Assembly (NCBI GenBank): GCA_038212275.1
Contig: JBBQUR010000022.1
Span: forward strand, 1 to 64,000
Direction of reading: 5' to 3'
From: Planctomycetota bacterium
GTDB taxonomy: Bacteria > Planctomycetota > B15-G4
DNA length: 64,000 nt
This document shows positions 21,301-29,953 of the stretch, piece by piece. Position 1 is the stretch's first letter; each line of letters opens with the position of its first letter. Both the position numbers and the translations under genes were made by a program. The notes under the pieces were generated by a model, which saw nothing but the letters and a program-made list of their open reading frames with translations, searched no databases and was not told where the DNA came from.

Positions 21301-21472
21301 CGACGTCAACCTGGATGGAATCCCCGACGACGCCCAGTGGGATTGCAACCAGAACGACCGGCCCGACCTGTACGACATCTTCTTCAAGTACGTGCCCGAC
21401 GCGAACCGCGACGGACACCCGGACGACTGCGCGCCGGTGACCTGGAAGCTCCTGCAGACCAAGAGCTACTGA
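18350..21472 (+). CDS. Secreted glucose/sorbosone dehydrogenase (PQQ-dependent, GSDH)-like protein with PKD, carbohydrate-binding-like and Ca-binding repeats
   Basis: Signal peptide; PFLDI, GLLGFTLDPAF..NGYVY, SHGAGSLVFGSDG, GKLLRLDP.TG.G.PGNPF, WALGLRQP, GDVG...WEELN, NFGWP; PKD YTWTFGDG; D-N--G-PD repeats. Confidence 0.85.
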   Translation: MSIHHPASVGASLLTVLCFFLAPLAAPLAAQVDSRPAAVAPPSPAATEHVKPLEAPPAPPREADGDVGAPESGAQSSDCGCHACTADADGGCGCGCTSALSIGLPEGFLDETQPGDLEQAVGLVFGEDGHLFVWEKAGRVWLLENGVKSATPFLDISEEVGDWFDYGLLGFTLDPAFAVNGYVYAFYVVDYHYLTKFGTPEYDPHVNEFNKDTIARITRFTANAANGFHSVLPGSRHVLLGESITTGIPLCGTSHGAGSLVFGSDGTLMASCGDGSSGLTTMTCLSDGIIKPKEDVGAFRPQLVDSLSGKLLRLDPATGDGVPGNPFYDGLDPRAPRSRVWALGLRQPCRFNLRPGTGSLNPADAQPGTFYVGDVGAGFWEELNVVRGPGLNFGWPIWEGPNLFAMATNLQDNLDAPNPLFGGACTQPFFHFQDLLAADSNNAPQWKNPCNPAVPIVTSAPLFVHKRPVLTWQHGGEAFVPTYALSGAASLTMLGTPASPVEGDSFGGNCSIGGTWYTGTAFPGEYQGTYFHADYGEGWIRNLAFTADDRLIEVRPFASTVGRIVSLSENPVDGSLWYINYTDLGASRLHRIRYVAGNFPPIAKLGASALWGPAPLVVNFDAGASTDPEQQPLEYTWTFGDGTPDSHLVAPVHTFPSEDITALGTVHAKCYDLNPPGPKGPGNPDPEVMRDGDYPPVGTLDTQRQFLTMHLDAGGQNDNGGVDYVGWTFSQPRTFVGLLYQEGLYYAGGGWWDTWRVQVRVNGVWTTVNNVTSTPPYPGQLYPHFETFEMRFPPTTGTGIRLNGKPGGIGTIKFISVGELRVLATPLAPVTDATNYPVSLEVTDSAGGSTTAAVSISLNNSPPKAKIRDPADLSLYSNSEPMLGLLKGSYSDPEQADAALSCRWEIIDHHNDHTHPQPVLHDCEAQAVLAGECCDGDVHYIEVVYTVTDPFGLSASDRHWLIPDVDRNLNGVDDVLEIAADPSLDVNLDGIPDDAQWDCNQNDRPDLYDIFFKYVPDANRDGHPDDCAPVTWKLLQTKSY

Positions 21473-21523
21473 GGCGCCCGCCTCCGGTCGGGTCACGCCG
21501 ATCGAAGCCTGCCTCCCGACCGC

Positions 21524-23203
21524 TCAGCGCGACGCGTGTGGTGCGTGCGGCGCGAGCCGGGCCAGCCGCGTGCGGGCGGCTGCCACCGCAGCCGCGAAGA
21601 TCGGCCCCGCAGCGGGCTGAGCGGCCATCAATTCGCGTCCGCGCACGGCGAGCATGCGCTGCACGTCGACATCACCCGGGTCGGCCTCCGCCGCAGCGAC
21701 CAGCAGTCCGAGATTGTCGGCTGCAATGCCCTCGGTCGCGGCCCGCAGGTAGAAGGCCCGCAGGCGCAGTTGAGCATCGAGCCGCGGGACGGCCAGCGCC
21801 GTCAGCGCCACGACCATCGCGAGGATGAGGGCGATCGTGGCGGTGCGAAGCGCCGGCGTTTCGTTGCGCAGCACGTGTTCGCTTGGCAGGCCGGTGCGTG
21901 CACGATCGGCGGCGAGCAGACCCCACACGGCGCCGGCGGCGGCGAAGATCGGCAGCGCGGTGCCGGGCGAGGTCCACGCGTTCTGCACGCATCCGACGAC
22001 GACGCCCGTCGCGAAGACGCCCAGTGCGAGTCGCGCCATCGCCGGGCTGTCGTGGCGGCGGGCGAGCCGGAAGCCGTGCCAGAGCGTGAGCGCTGCGAAC
22101 GCGGCGAGAGCGAGACCCGCCGCCAGGCCGCCCTCCGCGGCCGCCAGCAGGAACTCGTCGTGCGGATGGTCGACCTCGGTCGTCGCGCCCTGCAGGCCGG
22201 GCAGCGCGGCTTCGACCGGATCGCGGAAGGGCGGGAACTGCGCGCGGAAGTTGCCGAGTCCGTAACCGAGCAGCGGTCGCTGCGCGACCATCCTGCCCGT
22301 GGCGCGCCACACCGAGAGGCGCACGTTGGTGGTGAGGTCCCCGCCGGAGAGCACGGGCGCCGAAGCGGGCAGCTTGCCCGCCGTGAAGATCTCCGTGCCG
22401 CCAGCCAGCACGGCCGCAAGGATCGCACCCACCGCAAGGCGCGGCATCCACAGCTTGAACCGTGCGAGGACCGCCCCCCGGTTGCTGGCGGTGACGACCG
22501 CCACGCCGACCAGGGCGCCCAGCAGGCCGCCCCGTGCGCGCGTGAGCACGAGCGCCGCCGTGCCGAGCAGCAGCGCGGCGAGGGCGACGCGCATGCGGGC
22601 ATCGCGCACCGCAAGCTCCGCCTGCGTGACGGTGGCAAAGGCCGCCACGACGCCCAGCGCCAGCAGCGCCCCGGCGCGCGTCGAGTTGCCCATCAGCCCG
22701 ACGAACTCGCGCAGCAGGACGTCGGCGGTCGGCGGCGAGAAGCGCTGCTCGATGTCCACCGCCTGCAGCAGCACGACGACGGCCGTGAGCAGCGTGGCGA
22801 GCTGCAGCGCGGACGCGAGCGGCAGCTTGTCCGCGGCTGCGCGTGCGGCGCGCATGCCGAGGCTTGCTGCGAGCGCCGAGAGCAGCACGATCTGCACGCG
22901 GTCCGAGACGGAGGAGCTCCACGGGCTGGCCAGCGCCGCAGGCACCGCAAGCAGCGCCGCGAGCAGCGAGAGCTGTCCGCCGCGGCACGCGAGCCACGCG
23001 CGCACGTCGTTGCGGGCGACCAGCGCCGCCCAGGGCAGCAGCACGGCTGCCGCGAGCAGCGACATGCACGCCGTCTTGAAGCTGTCCATGTCGAACAGGT
23101 CGGGCAGCGCGCAGCCGGCGGCCGCGACGAGCAGCAGCGCGAGCGCCCAGCCGGTGCCCGAGGGCGATGCGGCGGGCCGGGGCGATGGCGCGGGACGGCT
23201 CAT
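21524..23203 (-). CDS. O-antigen ligase (Wzy_C) family membrane protein
   Basis: TM-rich; LTRARGGLL; VRLSVW..TGRM..QRPLLGYGLGNF; DHPHDEFL..AAEGG. Confidence 0.82.
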   Translation of the reverse strand: MSRPAPSPRPAASPSGTGWALALLLVAAAGCALPDLFDMDSFKTACMSLLAAAVLLPWAALVARNDVRAWLACRGGQLSLLAALLAVPAALASPWSSSVSDRVQIVLLSALAASLGMRAARAAADKLPLASALQLATLLTAVVVLLQAVDIEQRFSPPTADVLLREFVGLMGNSTRAGALLALGVVAAFATVTQAELAVRDARMRVALAALLLGTAALVLTRARGGLLGALVGVAVVTASNRGAVLARFKLWMPRLAVGAILAAVLAGGTEIFTAGKLPASAPVLSGGDLTTNVRLSVWRATGRMVAQRPLLGYGLGNFRAQFPPFRDPVEAALPGLQGATTEVDHPHDEFLLAAAEGGLAAGLALAAFAALTLWHGFRLARRHDSPAMARLALGVFATGVVVGCVQNAWTSPGTALPIFAAAGAVWGLLAADRARTGLPSEHVLRNETPALRTATIALILAMVVALTALAVPRLDAQLRLRAFYLRAATEGIAADNLGLLVAAAEADPGDVDVQRMLAVRGRELMAAQPAAGPIFAAAVAAARTRLARLAPHAPHASR

Positions 23204-24135
23204 GCCGCCTTGAACAAGGCGTCCACGAAGGCCTGCGCGTCGAAGCGCTCGATGTCCTCGGGAGATTCTCCGAGGCCGACGAAGCGCACGGGGATGCCGA
23301 GCTGCTGGTGGATGGACACCACCGCGCCGCCACGCGCCGTGCCGTCGAGCTTGGTGACCATGAGGCCGGTCACGGCCACCACCTCCTTGAAGGTGGCGGC
23401 CTGCGCGATCGCGTTCTGCCCCGTCGTGCCGTCGAGGATGAGCAGGACTTCATGCGGCGCGCCGGGAATGCGCTTGCCGAGCACGCGACGGATCTTCTCG
23501 AGCTCCGCCATGAGCGGGCGCTGGGTGTGCAGGCGTCCCGCGGTGTCGACGAGCAGCACGTCGATGCCGTCGCGCACGGCTGCGTCGGCCGCATCGAAGG
23601 CAAGGCCCGACGGGTCGCTGCCGGTGGGGCGCTTCACGATCGGGATCTCCAGACGCTGCGCCCAGATGGTGAGCTGCTCGACGGCTGCCGCGCGGAAGGT
23701 GTCGCACGCGGCGAGCATCACCGCGCGGCCCTCGCCGCGGAACAGGTGAGCCAGCTTGGCGATGGAAGTCGTCTTGCCCGAGCCGTTCACGCCGACCACG
23801 AGGATGACGTGCGGCTTGTGCGCGAGAGGCGCAGCAGCGCCGGCCCCCGCCGTGGAGGAGCCGTCGCGGGATGCGGCGCCCATGAGCGCCAGCAGTCGCT
23901 CGCGCACGAAGGGCTCGATCTGCTCGGCCTGCGTGAGCGTGCCCTTGCGATAGCCCTCGCGGATGGACGCCACGAGTTCGACGGCCGCGGGCCCGAGGTC
24001 CGCGGTGTAGAGCAGCTCCTCGATGCGGTCCAGCGTGGCGGCGTCCAGCGTGCCGCGGCCGAGCAGCTTGCGCAGGCCCGAGACCAGCGTCTCGCGCGTC
24101 TTCTTCAGGCCGGCGAAGAGCTTGCCGAAGACCAC
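23200..24135 (-). CDS. ftsY: Signal recognition particle receptor FtsY
   Basis: GLKKTR, GVNGSGKTTSIAKL, DTFRAAA, DTAGRL, DGTTGQNA, TKLDGTARGG. Confidence 0.97.
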   Translation of the reverse strand: MVFGKLFAGLKKTRETLVSGLRKLLGRGTLDAATLDRIEELLYTADLGPAAVELVASIREGYRKGTLTQAEQIEPFVRERLLALMGAASRDGSSTAGAGAAAPLAHKPHVILVVGVNGSGKTTSIAKLAHLFRGEGRAVMLAACDTFRAAAVEQLTIWAQRLEIPIVKRPTGSDPSGLAFDAADAAVRDGIDVLLVDTAGRLHTQRPLMAELEKIRRVLGKRIPGAPHEVLLILDGTTGQNAIAQAATFKEVVAVTGLMVTKLDGTARGGAVVSIHQQLGIPVRFVGLGESPEDIERFDAQAFVDALFKAA

Positions 24136-24139
24136 CGGG

Positions 24140-24667
24140 TCAGCCGTCCTGCGGGGGCGCGGAGAGCGGCGATGCGGGATGGAAGCGCGTGACGGCGGGC
24201 TCGGACGGCGCGGCCGCCTCGTCCGGAGCGGGCTCGCCTTCGCCGTCGCTGTCGGCGGGCAGGTTCAGGTCCCGGCGGATGCGGTCCAGGATGCCGTTGA
24301 TGAAGGCGCCGGACTGCGCCGTGGAGAAGCGCTTGCCGAGCTCGATGGCCTCGTTGATGGAGACCTTGGCCGGGATGTCGCGGCGCCCGAGCAGTTCGTG
24401 GACGGAGAGTCTCAGGATGTTGCGGTCGACGACCGCGAGGCGCGAGAGGTCCCAGTTCTCCGCAGCGCCCGCGATGAGCCTGTCGAGCTCGTCGCGCTGG
24501 CCGAGGACGCCGTCGACGAGTTCCCGGGCGAAGGCCTTCACCTCGACCGAGGCCTCGGTGTCTTCCAGCGTGAGCTGCCACGCGCGGCTGTCCGGCCGGT
24601 TCTCGTGATCGCAGGAGTAGAGCACCTGCAGCGCGATCTCGCGCGAGCGACTGCGGCTGCCGATCAT
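24140..24667 (-). CDS. nusB: Transcription antitermination factor NusB
   Basis: RSRSREIALQVLY, NWDLSRLAVVDRNILR, VSINEAIELGKRF, FINGILD. Confidence 0.95.
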   Translation of the reverse strand: MIGSRSRSREIALQVLYSCDHENRPDSRAWQLTLEDTEASVEVKAFARELVDGVLGQRDELDRLIAGAAENWDLSRLAVVDRNILRLSVHELLGRRDIPAKVSINEAIELGKRFSTAQSGAFINGILDRIRRDLNLPADSDGEGEPAPDEAAAPSEPAVTRFHPASPLSAPPQDG

Positions 24668-25203
24668 GGTGCGTCGCCGGAAGGCGCGCGAGTGGGCGCG
24701 CCGGATGCTTTGCCGGACGGCGCTCGGGCAGCGGACAGCTTGCGCACCTGGCCGAGCACGTCGATCATCTCGAGCGCGGCGCGCGCCGCCTCGACGCCCT
24801 TGTTCTTTGCGGCGCCGCCGGCGCGTGCCTGCGCCTGCGCGAGGGTCTCGCACGTGAGCACGCCGAAGGCCACGGGCACGCCGGTGTCCAGCGCCACGCG
24901 GCTGCAGCCCGCCGCCGTCTCCGTGCAGACGTAGTCGTAGTGGTCGGTCTCCCCGCGGATGACGGCGCCCAGCGCGAGGACGGCGTCGTGTCCGCCGTGC
25001 AGCGCGAGCTGCTGCACCGCGAGCGGCAGTTCCAGCGCGCCGGGCACGTGCACGACGGTGATCGCGTCGTCGGCGACGCCGGCCTGGCGCAGGCTTGCCA
25101 GCGCGCCGTCCAGCAGGCCGCGCGTGATGCTCTCGTTGTAGCTGGCGACCGCCATGCCGACGCGACATGCACGGCCATCGGGATTTCCGCGGATGTCGCG
25201 CAT
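24664..25203 (-). CDS. ribH: 6,7-dimethyl-8-ribityllumazine synthase
   Basis: VPGALELP, LGAVIRGETDHYDYV, PVAFGVLT, NKGVEAA; canonical ribH-nusB pair. Confidence 0.95.
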   Translation of the reverse strand: MRDIRGNPDGRACRVGMAVASYNESITRGLLDGALASLRQAGVADDAITVVHVPGALELPLAVQQLALHGGHDAVLALGAVIRGETDHYDYVCTETAAGCSRVALDTGVPVAFGVLTCETLAQAQARAGGAAKNKGVEAARAALEMIDVLGQVRKLSAARAPSGKASGAPTRAPSGDAP

Positions 25204-25239
25204 GGGAGAGCCGGGTTCCAAAGGAGCGGGCGCGCGATC

Positions 25240-28200
25240 CTAGCGATCGCCCTGCGAGGGGGCCAGCGGCGTGTCGGCCGCGGCCTCAGCGGGAGGGGCA
25301 AGCAGGGCACTCGCCATGGCGAGGTGGTCGAGCGCCCCGGCGGTCTCTCCGAGGCGCATGAGCCGGAGGGCGCGCGCGTGCAGGTTGTCGGCGGCGATCC
25401 GCACCGGGGGCGCGAGCGGCGCGTCGCCCGACTGCCGCGCCTGCAGGGCGTCGGCAAGCGAGATCTCGGCGCGCATGAAGCGCTCGCGCTCGTCGCCGAG
25501 CGAGGCCTCATCGAGCAGCGTCAGCAGCTTGTGGCCCTCCTCGCTGCGGCCCCCGATCACGGCATCGAGACCTGCCGACTTGCGCGCGATCATCGCGCCC
25601 AGCTCGGGCAGCTCCTCGCGCGGGATCGGGCGGCCGGGCAGGTCCTGCTGCGCGAGGCGCTCCGCGAGGCCGAAGTAAAGCTGCGCGCGCCACACCATGC
25701 GCTGGATGCTGCCCACCATGTCGGGTGGAGGTGTCGCATCCACGGACGGAGGAGGCGCCGGCTTGCGGCTCGCGATGCCCGCGGCGTAGCGCACCACGTT
25801 CTCCAGCAGTCGCCTCACGAAGGGATCGGCCAGGTTGTTCGCATCGAAGGGCAGGGTGGACAGCACGATGTGTCCCTTGCCGTAAGGCACCGCCTGCACC
25901 GCGGCGCCCGCAAAGCTGCCGTCCGAGGAGATCGCGCCGAGCTGGACGTCCACCGGCAGGCCGGCGCCCGCGAGCAGCACGTGCTCCGGGATGAGCGCCG
26001 AAAAGCGCTCGTCGGGAAGCGGCTGCGCGGACGGGATGTCCGCGAGCAGCAACGAGGCCGGCGTGAACGCGAAGAAGCATTCCACGCCCGCGCCGCGCGT
26101 GCGGCGGCTGGACATGTCGAAGGGCAGGTCCGCGACCTGCCCGCAGCCGTCGGCTGCAGTGAAGTGCTGCGGTACCGGCTGGCCGGCGTCCGGTGGTGCG
26201 AGCCACAGCAGCGTGCCACCGTCGCGCACGAGACGCAGCAGCGCCACCGTGACGTTGATGTTCTTCGCATCCCACGGCTCGGGGCGCGCACCCAGCACCA
26301 CGAGGCGCGGCATGCCGCCGAAGGATTCGGGGCGGCGGTCCACCAGCGGCGACACGACGTCGGCGATCTCCGGCGTCAGGTCCACCAGCGATCCGGCAGC
26401 GATGGGGCGCACCGGCCGGTCGGCCAGCGCTGGAAAGGCATCGCGCACGGCGGGAGCCACAACGCCTGCAGTGCCGGTCGCGCTGGTCGCGCTGGTCGCG
26501 CCGGTCGCGCCGGTTGCGCTGGTTGCGCTGGTTGCGCTGGTTGCGCTGGTTGCGCTGGACGCGTTGGATGCGCTGGCGCGGTGCAGCGACGCCAGCGCCG
26601 CCAGCGCGGGCTTGGGCGCACCCCAGACCGAGCACAGCCCGGCCGCGTCCTCCCATGCGGCGTCACGCCACGGCTCGAAGCAGATGCCGGCGACGCGCGG
26701 ATTGGCGAGCAGGAGCCGCCCGAGCTCGTCGACGCCGCGCGCCTGGGACGCCGCGCCCAGCGCGGTGAGCTGCGTCGCGTCGCCCGCAAGCGCGGAGAGC
26801 GGCGTGCCCGCCTTGAGCAGCGGACCGACTGCTTCGAGTTTCCGCACGTATTCGCGCGCATCCTGCGACTGCAGTCGCCCGCCGAAGCCGGTCAGCGCCT
26901 CCTTGAACGACGGCGTACCGGACACGCCCCACGAGGAGACCCACACGAGCCGGTCATGGCCGGCTCCCAGGTGCGCCACTTGCTCGCGGAGCGCGGCCGA
27001 GGGCGTGCCTGTCCGCGGCAGGTGCACATCGTCGATCTGCAGCGGCGTGTCGTCGTGCGGATTCCACGCGTGCGCGCTGCCCTGCCAGCCGCCGGATTCG
27101 TCGATGAGCAGGCGCTCGGGCATGCGCGCGCGCGCGCAGGCGACCAGCTCGTCCATCCGCTGCCAGAGATCGCCGGAGAGTTCATCGAGCACGTTCACCA
27201 TGACGACGCTCGGGTGGCCCGAGACGGCGTCGGCCAGCACCGTGACGGCTTGCAGCGCGGCAGGGCCCGTCTCCGGCAGCGTGTGCGTCACCACGCCGAG
27301 CGAGGCCTCGGCGCACACCATGAGGCCCAGCTCGTCGCAGAGCTCGTACAGATCCGGTTGCGTGCGCGAGGACGCGCGCACGAGATTGAAGCCCGCCGCG
27401 CGCATCGTGACCAGCTCGCGCCGCAGGAAGGTCTCGTCCGGCGGGTGCGCCAGGCTGCGCGGATAGCAAGGCGGATAGAGCACTCCGCGCACGGCCAGTG
27501 GATCGCCGTCCAGCGTGAAGCGACCGTCCTGCACGGCGAAGCGGCGCAAGGCGAGGTGGACGTTCCAGCGGGCGGCATGCTCTCCGTCGTTCACGTCGAT
27601 GGACAGCGCATGTGCGACGGGCCGCGACGGGCTCCAGTGCTCCAGCGCCTCGGCACCAGGCAGTGGCACGAAAAGTCGCGTCTCACCGGGCGGCAGCTCG
27701 GCTGCGTGGCGCCAGGTGAGCGTCCGGCCGGGCCTCGCGGCGAGGTCCAGCGTCACGGCGCGCGACGCCTCGCCGTGGTTCTGGAGGTCGAGGCGAAGCT
27801 GCACGGTGCCGTCGGGCAGGAGCTGGCTGTCGTGACGCAGCACCTCGACGAGCGGCACGCGGCACAACCGCACGCTGCCGGTGATGCCGCCCCAGTTGTA
27901 GGCGCTGCTTTCCGCGGCGTTGGGCAGTCCTGCGAGCACGAGCCCGTCCACGGGCCGATTGCCGGGGTCGACGCAGCGCACGATGAGCACCACGCCCGGC
28001 TTGTCCAGCTTGCCCGTGACGTCGAAGCGGAAGGGCGCATCGCCGCCGTCGTGGCGCCCGAGGAACTCGCCGCCGAGCCAGACGTCGGCGCGCCAGTTCA
28101 CGGCGGCGAACTCCAGCAGCAGCCGGCCCGCGTCTGCGGCGGGCGAATCGGCCCGAGGCAGCCTGGTGCGATACCACGCCACGCCGTCGTAGTCTGCCGA

Positions 28201-28632
28201 GGCCGCGCTGGCCTCGAGCACCCCTGGCACGAAGACGCGGCCGGCCTCGAACCAGGCGGCGTCCTCGCCACGGGGAAGTCCCTTGGCTAGGCCGCGGTTC
28301 TCGGGGTCGAGCAGCAGCTCCCACCGGCCTTCGAGCGACGCCACGATGGTGATTGCGTCGGTGCGCTCCGCGTCGCCCGCGTCGCCCGCGCTGCCCGCGC
28401 TGCCCGCGCTGCCCGCGCTGCCTGCGCTGCCCGCGCTGCTCGCGCTGCTCGTGCTGCCTGCGCTGCCTGCGCTGCCTGCGCTGCCCGCGGCAGCCGAGGC
28501 GGGCGCGTCGCCGTCGAAGCGGGTCGGGGGAACGCCGAACGGCTCTGCCTGAGCGAACAGTCCGGCCTGCGCACCGAGGGCGATCGCCAGCCCGAGGCAA
28601 CGGAGAGCGAGCTTCCCGAGCGTCGTCGACAT
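25240..28632 (-). CDS. Secreted glycoside hydrolase family 2-fold protein, possibly non-catalytic
   Basis: Signal peptide; YDGVAWYR, LEFAAVNWRADVWLGG...H-GG..PF-FDVT, GGITGSV, GFNLVR, YELCDELGLMV, HPSVVM. Start placed at ATG 28632. Confidence 0.8.
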   Translation of the reverse strand: MSTTLGKLALRCLGLAIALGAQAGLFAQAEPFGVPPTRFDGDAPASAAAGSAGSAGSAGSTSSASSAGSAGSAGSAGSAGSAGDAGDAERTDAITIVASLEGRWELLLDPENRGLAKGLPRGEDAAWFEAGRVFVPGVLEASAASADYDGVAWYRTRLPRADSPAADAGRLLLEFAAVNWRADVWLGGEFLGRHDGGDAPFRFDVTGKLDKPGVVLIVRCVDPGNRPVDGLVLAGLPNAAESSAYNWGGITGSVRLCRVPLVEVLRHDSQLLPDGTVQLRLDLQNHGEASRAVTLDLAARPGRTLTWRHAAELPPGETRLFVPLPGAEALEHWSPSRPVAHALSIDVNDGEHAARWNVHLALRRFAVQDGRFTLDGDPLAVRGVLYPPCYPRSLAHPPDETFLRRELVTMRAAGFNLVRASSRTQPDLYELCDELGLMVCAEASLGVVTHTLPETGPAALQAVTVLADAVSGHPSVVMVNVLDELSGDLWQRMDELVACARARMPERLLIDESGGWQGSAHAWNPHDDTPLQIDDVHLPRTGTPSAALREQVAHLGAGHDRLVWVSSWGVSGTPSFKEALTGFGGRLQSQDAREYVRKLEAVGPLLKAGTPLSALAGDATQLTALGAASQARGVDELGRLLLANPRVAGICFEPWRDAAWEDAAGLCSVWGAPKPALAALASLHRASASNASSATSATSATSATSATGATGATSATSATGTAGVVAPAVRDAFPALADRPVRPIAAGSLVDLTPEIADVVSPLVDRRPESFGGMPRLVVLGARPEPWDAKNINVTVALLRLVRDGGTLLWLAPPDAGQPVPQHFTAADGCGQVADLPFDMSSRRTRGAGVECFFAFTPASLLLADIPSAQPLPDERFSALIPEHVLLAGAGLPVDVQLGAISSDGSFAGAAVQAVPYGKGHIVLSTLPFDANNLADPFVRRLLENVVRYAAGIASRKPAPPPSVDATPPPDMVGSIQRMVWRAQLYFGLAERLAQQDLPGRPIPREELPELGAMIARKSAGLDAVIGGRSEEGHKLLTLLDEASLGDERERFMRAEISLADALQARQSGDAPLAPPVRIAADNLHARALRLMRLGETAGALDHLAMASALLAPPAEAAADTPLAPSQGDR
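26474..26576. repeat. In-frame 9-bp tandem repeat (about 11 copies) encoding an (ATS/ATG)n linker
   Basis: GGT(C/T)GCGC(T/C) units visible in the sequence. Confidence 0.9.
28369..28488. repeat. In-frame 9-bp tandem repeat (about 13 copies) encoding an (SAG)n linker
   Basis: GCC(C/T)GCGCT units visible in the sequence. Confidence 0.9.
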
Positions 28633-28749
28633 CCCGGTGATGATACGAGACAAGGCGTGCCTGCGGCTCGGGCGCGGATTATCATCCCGCGGCGGATGCG
28701 GCGCCGCAGGGTTGCCGGACGTTGCGGTCTGTTGCGGGAGTGGATCGAC

Positions 28750-29949
28750 ATGCGCGTGGCCGGTGTGTCGTTGCTGATCGCGAGCCTGGTCGGTCCGGTC
28801 GCGGCACAGGATCCACCGGCGCCGCCCGCCGTGCTCGTGTGGGGGCATGGCGCCGCGCGCATGGACCTCGTGTCGGGCGCCACCACGCCGTGGCTCGACG
28901 ACACGCACGTCGTGCAGAAGGTCTGCTGGATGGCCGGGCCGGGTCACGCCGCGGCCACCGTGTTCGTGGTGGAGGACGGGCAGGTCACGTCGCTGGATGC
29001 CGACACCGGCAGGCCCGTCGTCGAGCCGGCGAGCGGGGAGGGCGACGGCCGTCTCCCTGTCACGGCGCGACCGGTCGTGTCCCGCCACGTCATCGGCCTC
29101 GCGGCGCGGGGCGACCTGCTCTGCACGGTGCAGCTCGATCGCGCGCCGGATGGTGCTGGCAGCGGCCGGCCCTTCCAGTGGTGCGGCGATCCGATGCTGC
29201 CCTGGTTGCCCGCCGAGTCCGGCTGGCTGAACGAGGCGCCCGACCGGGTCGGCGTCAACCTCGCGCTCGAGCGGCGCGGCCTGGATGCCGTGGTCTTCGC
29301 CGCGCTCTCGCCGGCGCATGGGCTCGGCCCGCGGCTCTGGAACGCGGAGGGCGAGGTGCCGCGCCCGGAGCCGAAGCCCGTCGAAGAGACCTGGTTCGTG
29401 CAGGGCTTTGCCATGGCCGAGACCGCACCGCGCTGCTACGCGCTCATGGCCTCGCCCTTCGCCCAGACGCGCCTCATGGCCTGCGACTTCACTGACGGTC
29501 TTGCCAGCGGCACGTGGACCACGGTCAACACGAAACCACCCGAGGCCGATCCGCAGTTCATGTCGCTCTACCTGTGTTCGGGCGACGGGGCGGCCGTGCT
29601 CATCGGCAACGGCTATCGCATCGACGTGATCGACGGAGTCCACGGCGGACGCCGGACGAGCCTCGCGCTGCAGGGCGTGGTGCGCGACAGCGATGCCGTG
29701 CTCGACCTGTGCCTGCTGCCTCTGCCGGACGGCAGCGTCTGGGTCGCCGGGTTGTGCCGCGCGCTCGACGAGCACGGCAGCGAGACGGGCGGCCTGAAGG
29801 TTGCGGCCTGGGATCTCGCCACCGGCCAGCTGAAGCGTTGCTTCGACGCGCCGCGCGGCATGAGCCAGCTCACGGCGCTCGGTGCCGGCGCGACGGACAC
29901 CGCCCGTGACGCCGTCCCCGGCGCGGGTCCCGGCGCCGGACCGCGCTGA
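28750..29949 (+). CDS. Hypothetical secreted protein (beta-rich, possibly propeller)
   Basis: Signal peptide MRVAGVSLLIASLVGPVAA-Q, GGAG upstream, coding-like GC3; no family motif recognised. Confidence 0.6.
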   Translation: MRVAGVSLLIASLVGPVAAQDPPAPPAVLVWGHGAARMDLVSGATTPWLDDTHVVQKVCWMAGPGHAAATVFVVEDGQVTSLDADTGRPVVEPASGEGDGRLPVTARPVVSRHVIGLAARGDLLCTVQLDRAPDGAGSGRPFQWCGDPMLPWLPAESGWLNEAPDRVGVNLALERRGLDAVVFAALSPAHGLGPRLWNAEGEVPRPEPKPVEETWFVQGFAMAETAPRCYALMASPFAQTRLMACDFTDGLASGTWTTVNTKPPEADPQFMSLYLCSGDGAAVLIGNGYRIDVIDGVHGGRRTSLALQGVVRDSDAVLDLCLLPLPDGSVWVAGLCRALDEHGSETGGLKVAAWDLATGQLKRCFDAPRGMSQLTALGAGATDTARDAVPGAGPGAGPR

Positions 29950-29953
29950 GCGG

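Noticed and set aside
26474..28488. Tandem repeats as a possible CRISPR array
   Set aside because: 9-bp in-frame coding repeats with no spacers; no cas genes and no repeat-spacer array seen anywhere in the window.
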